Positions 24,972 to 33,853 of a stretch of 64,000 nt of DNA are shown in pieces. Source of the DNA: Cytophagales bacterium (GTDB lineage Bacteria; Bacteroidota; Bacteroidia; Cytophagales; Cyclobacteriaceae). Where the stretch lies: NCBI GenBank assembly GCA_033344775.1, contig JAWPMT010000002.1, forward strand, positions 898,685-962,684, given 5' to 3'. Every line of letters starts with the position of its first letter. The first letter of the stretch is position 1. The notes under the pieces are model-generated. The model saw nothing but the letters and a program-made list of their open reading frames with translations. It searched no databases and was not told the DNA's origin. Made by a program: the position numbers and the translations under genes.

Positions 24972-27900
24972 TCAATCCAGCACACCATCCCGGAAATAGT
25001 CGCTGGGTTTCTTTCCGAATCGAAGTTCGTACCGCTCTGAAAAACGGCTCGAGTTGTTAAACCCTGCCGCAAGGCCGACCGCCGTGACATTGCCATACAC
25101 TTGGTCTTCCAGTAGTTTTCTGGCTTTTTGCAAGGCGATTTCAAATTGATATTGTATAGGCGTAAGGCCTGTCAGTTTCTTTAGTCTTCTCTGAAACTGC
25201 CGCTTACCCAGATTGAAGTGATCCGCAAGGTCCGCGACCTGGAAGTCACTGTTTTCAAGCTCTTGTAAGATTACTGATTCCACTTCTTTGAGCCACTCCA
25301 GGTCTGATTTGTACATTACGGTCGACGAATTGGCCTGATGGGCAATATTTCCTTCTTCTACTGGTTCCTCCTCGACCATTTCCAGAGCTCCTTCTTTTCT
25401 GGTTTGATACCTGGTAATCAGATTTTGGACCCTTGCTTTGAGTTCTTGAGGCGAAAATGGTTTGGTGAGGTAATCGTCTACGCCAATCGCCAGGGCTTGC
25501 AATTTACGGTCTTCAAAATTGAGGGCAGTGAGCATGACCACCGGGATGTTGCGAAATTGCTCAGACGATTTCATGTGTTCCAGCAAGCTGTATCCGTCCA
25601 TCTCTGGCATCATGACATCCGTAATGACCAGGTCAAATGGCTCTGCTGACAATTTGTCCAGGGCTTTTTTTCCGTTTTTGGCCAGGGAGATGTCATAGTC
25701 ACCCGCGAGCAACTGACTGACATATTGCCGCATGTCCGGATGGTCCTCGACGATCAAAACCCTAAACGATGATGTTTCGGATATAGGTGAGGGCAGGAGG
25801 TTGTCTTCGGCTGCTGCCCAGGTCTCAACTACATCACCTTCCTCCTGGGGTGACCTGTCGTCTGGTGCTTCGGCAGGTTTGCATGGAATTTCAAGCTTAA
25901 AGGTGCTTCCATGGTCCAATGCACTTTCGACAGTTAGGTCACCTCCCATGCGTCCTGCCAGCTCATAAGCCAATGCAAGTCCAATACCAGTACCGCCCTG
26001 GATGGGAGCATCGGGCTGCTTGCTCTGGAAGTACCGGTCAAAGATGTGCGGAAGATCATCCGGTGCAATTCCCTGACCCGTATCGATCACCTGGATCATC
26101 AGGTTTTCATTTTGCCGAGACAGGGCCAGTTCGACCTCACCTCCGGCAGCGGTGTATTTGATAGCATTGAAGAGCAAGTTGTTCAGTACTTTTTCTATGC
26201 GCTGGGGGTCCAGTAAGACCCAGGTTGGCAACTTCTCGTCGATTGAATGTCTGTAGCGGATCTCTAGTTGCTCCGCCATGGAAGTATAGTTGGAAGAGAT
26301 CCGCTGGATGAGCGACTTCAATTCAACAGGTTCTTCCTTCAACGCTATGTTGCTGGATTCCATCTTCGACAGGTCAAGGATGTCATTCACGAGGCCTTTC
26401 AATTTACGCGTGTTGCGCTGCATGAGCTGTAGCGTTTGCGTGGTTTCAGCAGGAGGATAAGCGCCTTCTTGATCAATCAGGTTATCCAGAGGACTGCTGA
26501 TCAACGTCAAAGGTGTTCGCAATTCGTGAGAGATATTGGCAAAGAACCGTGACTTAGTTTTTTCGAGTGTCGCGAGCTCATTTTTCTGCTGCTCAATCTC
26601 CTTATTCCTTGTCTGAAGGGTATTGTTGGCTTTTTGCTTGGACTGGTAGTAACGGAAAAGGATAAAAACAATGACCAGCAGTAGAATTACACCCGCCAGC
26701 ATCGCGTATTGGTTGTTTGTTTGACGTTTTATGGTTTGGTCAGCGATCAGTTGTTGTTGTTGATTGGCATACTGAATGGAATCTTTCTCCTGTTCAAATT
26801 GATGTTCAGCCTGAAGCTGGATCATGGCCTTTGTATTACTTTCATTGAACACACTATCGGAGTACTGCTTATAGGTGATATGGTTTTCGTAGGCGGCCTC
26901 AAAGTTGCCGAATTCCGCCTCAACCCTGGCCAGGTGCTCGGTGCTGTAAATGATCACTTGAGGATCACCGGTCTGAAATCCTATTTCTTTTGCCGATTGG
27001 AATTGCAACCGGGATTCAATCAGTTTTCCTCGTGCCTGATAAACCTGCCCCATGGTGATCATAGGATAAGGTTCCATATATTTGAAATTGAGTTCTCTTG
27101 CAAGTTTGAGAGCTGCGGAGGCATAGTAGAAGGCACTATCAAGATTGTTGAGGTAGAAATAGGAGTCGGCAATGTTGTTCATTGAAATGACAACATGACC
27201 ATTTCTCAATCCCGTCTCTTCCTTGATCTTCAGGGATTTCAAGTCATATAATAACGCTTTTTCATAATCACCTTGTACGGCGTAATTCACGCCGATATTG
27301 GCAAGTTGCTGAGCCATACCTCGTCTGTCATTTAGTTCTGTGGATATAGACAAAGCTTTTAGCAAATAATCGACAGCCGCGCTGAAATGTTTTTGTCCTG
27401 AATAAGCTGATCCAAGGTCTGAATAAACTTTCATCATCGCGCTTTGGTCACCAAGGCTTTCAGCCAGTTTTAAGGCGGCGAAGCTATATTCAATCGAAGA
27501 CTTAAAGTCGCCCAATACCTGTAGGATCATAGCAAGTCGAGAATATACCGCCAATAGCTTTTGTTGCTTCCCGGCCTGGACATAGTAATCGACACATTCG
27601 AGGCAGAGCTGATAAGCTTTTCTGAATTCGTCTCTTCTCTTGGCCAAATCGCACAGCCCCATCTTGGCATCACCTTTACCTGTTGTGTAGTCGTGCATTT
27701 GAGCAAGTTCGAGCATATCCTGGTAATTGCCTTCGGAGGCATCATAGTTACCGTAGGAATAGTTATAATCTCCCTGATTGGAGAGGGCATTGATCTTTAG
27801 TAATGGATAGTTAATTTCATCCGCCAGCAGCATTGATCTGTTGATATATTGCATGGCCTGCGTGGAATCCAACGATTTGTAGGCGGTTGTCATGTTGTCG

Positions 27901-28043
27901 AGAATGTCCTCTGCTGCCTCTTCCGATAGCCCATCCAGTTGGGTTTCTAAAATATTCAAAAGGGAATCAAAAGTCGGGTGTTGCTGTGCTGGACTGAATT
28001 GAAGGACGGATAAGAAAAGAATGCCAGTAAACAAATAGTTCAT
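24972..28043 (-). CDS. Single-polypeptide two-component regulator: signal peptide, periplasmic TPR sensor, TM, HisKA/HATPase, receiver, AraC-type HTH
   Basis: MNYLFTGILFLSVLQFSPAQ signal peptide. About 10 TPR-like repeats. TM helix YAMLAGVILLLVIVFILF. H-box FFANISHELRTPLT. LNNLLFNAIKYT and DTGQGI..GGTGIGLALA (N/G boxes). Receiver VLIVEDHPDMR..DLVITDVMMPEMDG. C-terminal AraC HTH (LADHFNLGKRQFQRRLKKLTGLTP...). Confidence 0.9.
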   Translation of the reverse strand: MNYLFTGILFLSVLQFSPAQQHPTFDSLLNILETQLDGLSEEAAEDILDNMTTAYKSLDSTQAMQYINRSMLLADEINYPLLKINALSNQGDYNYSYGNYDASEGNYQDMLELAQMHDYTTGKGDAKMGLCDLAKRRDEFRKAYQLCLECVDYYVQAGKQQKLLAVYSRLAMILQVLGDFKSSIEYSFAALKLAESLGDQSAMMKVYSDLGSAYSGQKHFSAAVDYLLKALSISTELNDRRGMAQQLANIGVNYAVQGDYEKALLYDLKSLKIKEETGLRNGHVVISMNNIADSYFYLNNLDSAFYYASAALKLARELNFKYMEPYPMITMGQVYQARGKLIESRLQFQSAKEIGFQTGDPQVIIYSTEHLARVEAEFGNFEAAYENHITYKQYSDSVFNESNTKAMIQLQAEHQFEQEKDSIQYANQQQQLIADQTIKRQTNNQYAMLAGVILLLVIVFILFRYYQSKQKANNTLQTRNKEIEQQKNELATLEKTKSRFFANISHELRTPLTLISSPLDNLIDQEGAYPPAETTQTLQLMQRNTRKLKGLVNDILDLSKMESSNIALKEEPVELKSLIQRISSNYTSMAEQLEIRYRHSIDEKLPTWVLLDPQRIEKVLNNLLFNAIKYTAAGGEVELALSRQNENLMIQVIDTGQGIAPDDLPHIFDRYFQSKQPDAPIQGGTGIGLALAYELAGRMGGDLTVESALDHGSTFKLEIPCKPAEAPDDRSPQEEGDVVETWAAAEDNLLPSPISETSSFRVLIVEDHPDMRQYVSQLLAGDYDISLAKNGKKALDKLSAEPFDLVITDVMMPEMDGYSLLEHMKSSEQFRNIPVVMLTALNFEDRKLQALAIGVDDYLTKPFSPQELKARVQNLITRYQTRKEGALEMVEEEPVEEGNIAHQANSSTVMYKSDLEWLKEVESVILQELENSDFQVADLADHFNLGKRQFQRRLKKLTGLTPIQYQFEIALQKARKLLEDQVYGNVTAVGLAAGFNNSSRFSERYELRFGKKPSDYFRDGVLD

Positions 28044-28308
28044 AGGATTGGGGTAAGGTCACATGTTTACCAGGAACTTAAGTTCCGTAAATAAATATAG
28101 AAAGAATTGGGTGCTGGAGCCTCCTTCTTAGGAGCAATTACGAATTTGACCCCCTCATTTGATGTGTATATCTGAATTTGCGTGGCCACTGTCACCACGG
28201 TGCTTCTATTTCAGATGCGCAAAGCGTGATGCCTTTGGTCAGGACTGTCGTATGGTTTTTCCTCGAAGAGGGCGTAAAAACCTATTCCAATCTCTGCCAA
28301 TCCCAAAA

Positions 28309-28384
28309 TGACGCGAATTGAAAGTTTTTGACACGAATTGAAAGCGGAAGACGCGAAATGAAATATGATGTCGCGAAATGACTG
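28309..28384 (+). promoter_or_regulatory. Four direct repeats on an exact 20-bp phase; candidate transcription-factor binding array
   Basis: TGACGCGAATTGAAAG (28309-24), TGACACGAATTGAAAG (28329-44), AGACGCGAAATGAAAT (28349-64), TGTCGCGAAATGACTG (28369-84). The array lies in the 723-bp divergent region between the 24972-28043 regulator (-) and the sigma-factor side (+). Confidence 0.55.
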
Positions 28385-28463
28385 GAATTCACAGATGTAC
28401 TCACCTAAACTTATCCATGTAAATGATTTGACAAATACTAGATAAAGGGAAAACGCTACGCCA

Positions 28464-28721
28464 ATGAAAAAGTTGATTCGTCCTCCAATGATGGTGCTTT
28501 TGGGGCTACTGGTTGCTGTAACCGGATTCCGATCCCCCGAAGTGACCACAAACGTAAGGGCGGATTTCCATATCATCTACGAACTGGTGTCTGAACTAAG
28601 GAAGTATAGCTTACATCCGGGAAATCCACGCTCATCAATAAACAAATTTGAATTTATCATATCTGAAAGTGATTTTGTTGTAAATGACTTATCTACCCGC
28701 TGGGGTTCATTTCTCAGATAG
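28464..28721 (+). CDS. Small hypothetical membrane/secreted protein (85 aa)
   Basis: ATG start. N-terminal hydrophobic helix MKKLIRPPMMVLLGLLVAVTGF. It begins 80 nt after the repeat array and ends 45 nt before the sigma-factor gene. No recognisable motif. Confidence 0.3.
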   Translation: MKKLIRPPMMVLLGLLVAVTGFRSPEVTTNVRADFHIIYELVSELRKYSLHPGNPRSSINKFEFIISESDFVVNDLSTRWGSFLR

Positions 28722-28766
28722 TCAATACAGCAGACAAGTCACAGCTACCAATTAAACCAAAATGCC

Positions 28767-29321
28767 ATGTTAAAAAATGATCAAACGATAAGTCCGTCAG
28801 ATGAAAACTTGGACGAATTGCTATTCGCCGGCATCAAATTGCATGATGAAGGTGCGCTTGAAACCTTGTTCAAGAAGTACTATGTTACCCTTTGCCGGAA
28901 GGCGGTGGGGATCGTAAAGGTGGACACGGTGGCGGAGGAAATCGTGTCAGATGTTTTCTTTACCATATGGAGCAGGAGGGATAAGATCAACATTCAATCT
29001 AATGTGTTGGGTTACCTGCGTTATGCCGTGCGCAATCATGCCCTGAATTACTTGAAATTACGAAAACTGGGCACGGTAGATCTGTCTCAGATGGAGTACC
29101 AGGCCCAGACAAATGATTTGGATCCACTAGAAAATCTCATGATGGATGAGTGTATGGATGAATGGGAAGACAAGATCAGTCAATTACCCATGCAGCGACA
29201 AAAAATCCTCAGGATGTGTAGACTGGAGGGGCTGTCAGTGGCTAAGGTAGCCAGTCAATTGTCATTGGCGGAACAGACGGTCAGAAATCAAGTGCAACTG
29301 GCAATCAAGGGTTTGAAGTAG
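28767..29321 (+). CDS. ECF-type RNA polymerase sigma-70 family factor (Bacteroides expansion type)
   Basis: Region 2 is AEEIVSDVFFTIWSRR.. and region 4 is RQKILRMCRLEGLSVAKVASQLSLAEQTVRNQV (HTH). No FecR-like anti-sigma gene follows it. Confidence 0.8.
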   Translation: MLKNDQTISPSDENLDELLFAGIKLHDEGALETLFKKYYVTLCRKAVGIVKVDTVAEEIVSDVFFTIWSRRDKINIQSNVLGYLRYAVRNHALNYLKLRKLGTVDLSQMEYQAQTNDLDPLENLMMDECMDEWEDKISQLPMQRQKILRMCRLEGLSVAKVASQLSLAEQTVRNQVQLAIKGLK

Positions 29322-29414
29322 ATTTCGAGATATTCACTTTTTGAAGAAAAACCTCATAATTATCTTATTGCTTGATTGGACATTTTGAGAAGCGACTTTT
29401 ACGACCTCCTAACT

Positions 29415-29732
29415 CCCAGGAGTGGTCTACTTATCCAGAAAAAGCAGATATCAGTCTTACCTTGAGGAACCTTATTTTGCGTTCCGGGAATTATCCTGGA
29501 AAGGGAACTGTTTGCAAAATTCAATTCCGGAGGTGAAGACGCGGCCCACGGCTGGGGAGTGAAACAAGACCTGTTTCTATTTTTCGAAGAAATAAGATGA
29601 TCTTCTCAAATGCTGCTATTAATCCAGTCAAAAACAACCAACCATATCACCACAAACGGCAAGTATGGCCTATGTTATAGGCATCTTCCCTTAGCGCGTC
29701 ATTCAGAGCGCAGCGAAGAATCTCCTGACGCG
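29415..29732 (+). repeat. RE-A element copy 1 (about 170-nt core to 29585, plus a 3' extension ending in an RE-B palindrome at 29695-29732)
   Basis: Aligns by eye with 33399-33587, 36308-36480 and 36663-36958 (CCAGAAAAAGCAGATATCAGTCTTTACCTTGAGGAACC...GTGAAACAAAGACTGTTTCCATTTTT). Confidence 0.8.
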
Positions 29733-30090
29733 ACTTTATCTTCGGTCTTTTCACCGGTCGCTTTTCGTTTTTTTATATAGTATAAATGATGAAGTTCTCT
29801 AAGATTTAAAGATCAAGGATTAACACGTATTTTTCGAGATTCCATTCAAAATCGAACAAACGTTGCCAATTCTGTTCAAAATCGTTGATTTTTCTCTTCT
29901 TTTGAGGGATTTTCGAGGGTTGGATTTGATTCTTAGAATGTATTTTCATGCACATTACGTGATCAACTTTGCAAAACGGGAATTCTCATGTACATGCTAC
30001 AGTTTTAGCGATCAAGAAAAGTCAAATTTTATTAAATTCCAAGGAAAAGTTAGTAGCCAGCTATTGATGACCATGTGACAGGCCTCTTAT

Positions 30091-33000
30091 ATGAAATATT
30101 TATTGTGGTGCATCATGTTCCTGATGATGAAACAACAATCTCTCGCCCAAGAGAACCTGGATTCTTTGTGGGCTTTGTGGAATAATACGAATCTTCCGGA
30201 CACGATTCGTTTGGAAGCCATCGATAATATCTCTTATGGATATTTACCGGATCAACCGGATAGTGCGGAATTCTTTGCACAGGTTCAACGTGACTATGCT
30301 GAAAGCAGAGGACTAAAAAAGTATCAGTCGCTCGCTCTATGGACCCAAGCTTACTCAAGTACTATAAAAGGAAATAACAGAGATGCCTTGGAATTAACGA
30401 AGCTTGCTTACGAATTAGCGAAAGAAGCAGGAGCTAAAAAAGAAGCCGGGAACGCCTTAAAACTTCTTGGAAGTATTTATGAAATGCTTGGAGAGTATGC
30501 CAATGCACTTGATCATTTTGACCGTGCCTTAACAATATTCGAAGAAATTGGGTACAAAAGAGGTCAAGCGGGAACGATAAATGATGCTGCGATAATTTAC
30601 TTAAATCGGGGAGAGTTTGACTTGGCTCTTGATCAATTTAAACAAAGTTTTAGGATAATGGAAGATGTCGGGGATGAATTTGGTCAAGCCAACGCCTTGA
30701 ATAATTCAGGACTAATTTATTCGGAACGCGGAGAGTTTGCGCAGGCACTTGACCATTTTAAGCAGAGCGAACGGATAATGAAAGGAATTGGGAACAAAAA
30801 AGGTGTTGCAATGTCATTGGGTTCTATTGGAAGGGTTTATGCACAGATAGCAGAGTATGATCTTGCAATTGAGCATTTTAACCGCTCATTAGAGTTAAAG
30901 GAAGAAATCGGGGATAGACAAGGTGTGGCTGTGTCATTAGAAGGCATTGGACACATCTATAAAGAACAGGGTAAGTTGATGCTGGCAATGGATTATCATA
31001 ACCGCAGTTTAGCGATATGGGAAGAAATTGAGTACAAACAAGGTGTGGCCTCCACATTAATTAATATTGGATCAGTCTACAGGGACCTTGGAGAATATGC
31101 TGAGGCAATAGACTATTTTACTCGTGGCTTGAAAATAGCTGAAGAATTAGAGATTAATATTCAAAAATCTGTCGCGCTGAGTAGGATTGGGCGTGTGAAA
31201 TTGACTTTAGGTAAATACAATGAAGCCGTAGACCATAGCCAACAATCGCTTAAACTATCACAGAAGCTGGGTGATCTCGCCCAAATTAAGGAATCAGCAC
31301 ACACCTTGTACGAGGCTTACAAAAATACTGGCAAACCGATTGAAGCATTCGGAATGTTAGAGCTATACCTGAGTACCCGTGATAGCCTGGAAAGTGATGA
31401 AAAAAATCGAGAGTTGCTCCGGGTGGAATTTCAATATAAGTACGAGAAAGAAAAACAGGAGCTGGCTTTCCAGCAAGAACAAGAGCGATTGATCCAGGAA
31501 CAAGAGGTATCCCGCTTACAATGGATCATATATGGCTCCATTGGGATGATTTTATTGTTGGTTCTACTTGCTTTTCTTGTCTACAGAAATTACCGGATCA
31601 AGCAACAATCGAATCAATTGCTTGCGCAACAAAATCAAGAGATTTCTAACCAAAAACGAGAACTGCAAGAACTGGACAAGTTGAAATCACGCTTTTTTGC
31701 CAATATCTCTCATGAATTGAGGACACCTCTTACGCTAATTTCCGGTCCATTGGAGTCTTTATTGCACAGTCCCTCCAAAGAGGAGATCAATAAAACGCTT
31801 CCGCTAGCGATCAGGAACACCAAGAAGCTCAAAGAACTGGTCAATGATATCCTGGACTTATCGAAAGTAGAAAATAAAGGGATTGAATTACGCGAAAGTT
31901 CCGTGGACCTACCCGTCTTTCTAAGAAGGATTTGGGCCAATTATGAATCAATGGCTGATCAGCTCTCCATTGATTACAAAATTTCTATTGAACAACTTGA
32001 TATCAGCTGGATCCTAATGGATAGCAAACGAGTAGAAAAGATTCTCAATAATTTGCTATTTAACGCCATCAAGTATACTTCCAGTGGAGGCAAAATAACA
32101 CTTACTGCACAAAGGCGCGAGGATACTGTCATGATCGAGATAGCAGATACCGGGCAAGGCATTGCCCGTGAAGACCTGCCCCATATTTTTGACCGATACT
32201 TTCAAAGTAAGCAATCTAATGCTCCTATCCAGGGAGGTACAGGTATTGGCCTTGCACTGGCACATGAGTTGGCCTACCTGATGGGCGGAGATATTACAGT
32301 GGAAAGTGAGCTTCACAAAGGAAGTACCTTTACGTTAATTTTCCCACTGATGGAAACGGAAGCTCCCGTGGAAGAGGTTTTCCAGAAGGTAGAGCCTGAT
32401 ACTTACACACCAGATTCGGAAGAGCGTGTCATCAAGGGATCTCCAAAAGGTCCAAAACATAAGGTCTTAATTGTAGAAGATAATGCAGACATGAGGGCTT
32501 ACCTCAATGACCAGGTTCAACGGAACTACCTCACCTCACTGGCCACTCATGGAGTGGAAGCGCTGGAGATGCTGAAAACCGATTCCTTTGACCTAATCAT
32601 TACTGATGTAATGATGCCTGAAATGGATGGGTACGCACTTGTGCAACACTTGAAGAGCGATAAACATTTCCAAGGTATACCTGTAATCATGCTCACTGCC
32701 CTGAACATGGAGGATAATAAACTGGATGCCCTGGCGTTAGGGGTGGACGACTACCTGACCAAACCTTTTTCACCTCTGGAATTGCAGGCCCGGATCTCGA
32801 ACCTTATCGACCGGTATAGAGAGAGGAAAAAATGGATGGATGAAAACTACGACCCCCATCGTGAAAGTGAAATGGAAATCAATGAGGGGGAATTGGAAAT
32901 AATAGATCAACAGCAAGTAAGTCAATTAGGGATGACATGGCTTCAAACAGTCAAGGATATAGTCCTTAAGGAGCTGGAAAATCCTGAATTTCAAGTAGCA

Positions 33001-33246
33001 GACCTGGCCAACCAATTTCACCTGAGCAAGAGACAATTTTTCCGAAGATTTAAAACACTGACCGGTCTCACACCAAAACAGTTCCAAGTGGAGGTTGCCC
33101 TGCAAAAAGCGAGGGAATTGCTGGAAAAAGATGTCTACCACAATGCTTCTGCAGTTGCTTATTCGGTCGGTATGCAGAATGTCTCAAGGTTTAACAAAGC
33201 ATATTTTGAACGTTTCGGGAAATATCCCAAGGAATATTTTGAGTGA
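30091..33246 (+). CDS. Paralogous single-polypeptide two-component regulator: TPR sensor, TM, HisKA/HATPase, receiver, AraC HTH
   Basis: Same architecture as 24972-28043. Long identical or near-identical strings in the output half: KSRFFANISHELRTPLTLIS, LNNLLFNAIKYT, PHIFDRYFQSKQ, IQGGTGIGLALA, TDVMMPEMDGY, GVDDYLTKPFSP. The TPR half is diverged. Confidence 0.9.
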   Translation: MKYLLWCIMFLMMKQQSLAQENLDSLWALWNNTNLPDTIRLEAIDNISYGYLPDQPDSAEFFAQVQRDYAESRGLKKYQSLALWTQAYSSTIKGNNRDALELTKLAYELAKEAGAKKEAGNALKLLGSIYEMLGEYANALDHFDRALTIFEEIGYKRGQAGTINDAAIIYLNRGEFDLALDQFKQSFRIMEDVGDEFGQANALNNSGLIYSERGEFAQALDHFKQSERIMKGIGNKKGVAMSLGSIGRVYAQIAEYDLAIEHFNRSLELKEEIGDRQGVAVSLEGIGHIYKEQGKLMLAMDYHNRSLAIWEEIEYKQGVASTLINIGSVYRDLGEYAEAIDYFTRGLKIAEELEINIQKSVALSRIGRVKLTLGKYNEAVDHSQQSLKLSQKLGDLAQIKESAHTLYEAYKNTGKPIEAFGMLELYLSTRDSLESDEKNRELLRVEFQYKYEKEKQELAFQQEQERLIQEQEVSRLQWIIYGSIGMILLLVLLAFLVYRNYRIKQQSNQLLAQQNQEISNQKRELQELDKLKSRFFANISHELRTPLTLISGPLESLLHSPSKEEINKTLPLAIRNTKKLKELVNDILDLSKVENKGIELRESSVDLPVFLRRIWANYESMADQLSIDYKISIEQLDISWILMDSKRVEKILNNLLFNAIKYTSSGGKITLTAQRREDTVMIEIADTGQGIAREDLPHIFDRYFQSKQSNAPIQGGTGIGLALAHELAYLMGGDITVESELHKGSTFTLIFPLMETEAPVEEVFQKVEPDTYTPDSEERVIKGSPKGPKHKVLIVEDNADMRAYLNDQVQRNYLTSLATHGVEALEMLKTDSFDLIITDVMMPEMDGYALVQHLKSDKHFQGIPVIMLTALNMEDNKLDALALGVDDYLTKPFSPLELQARISNLIDRYRERKKWMDENYDPHRESEMEINEGELEIIDQQQVSQLGMTWLQTVKDIVLKELENPEFQVADLANQFHLSKRQFFRRFKTLTGLTPKQFQVEVALQKARELLEKDVYHNASAVAYSVGMQNVSRFNKAYFERFGKYPKEYFE

Positions 33247-33398
33247 CCGGTCAAATTGTCCTCATTATTTCCATATTTCGAAGAAAATAGAGAATCTTCT
33301 CATATGGCGCAATCTTGAAGAATGGTATGGTCAGCATGACATTTTTTAAAGTAGGTTGGATCAAGAAGTTCAATTTTCCTATTGCCTATTTGATTCAT

Positions 33399-33587
33399 CA
33401 CTTATCCAGAAAAAGCAGACATCAGTCTTTACCTTGAGGAACCTTATTTTGCATTCCGGGAATTAATCTGGAATGGGAACTGCTTACAAAATTCAGTTCC
33501 GGAGGTGAAGACGCGGCCCCACGGCCGAGGAGTGAAACAATGACTGTTTCCATTTTTCGAAGCAATAAGATGATCTTCTCAAGTGCT
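33399..33587 (+). repeat. RE-A element copy 2
   Basis: Same consensus and orientation as copy 1. Its T-run ends at 33556, and the element ends about 265 nt upstream of ATG 33854. Confidence 0.8.
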
Positions 33588-33853
33588 GTATTCTCATCAG
33601 ATTGTCATTCCCGTTTCCCGAGGCGAGGCGGAATTTTTTAGCTTATCTTTTTAAAATGCCGAAAACCTTGCTGTCTTGTATCCTTGCCATCTCCTCAAGG
33701 TCACGCTGACGCCATTGATTGAAGTGAATACATGTGGGGTTTTCTGAACAGAAAACGGCAGTGTGAAGAATTTCCTGAACATAAGATAGTTAAATCCAAG
33801 AAAAATCATGTCCCCTTATTGTAGCAAAATGCAAATCAAAAAATTAAACTTGG

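Noticed and set aside
28211-28576. 121-aa minus-strand ORF in the regulator/sigma intergenic region
   Set aside because: It overlaps the phased repeat array and the start of the + strand 28464 ORF. It has no motifs and no plausible context.
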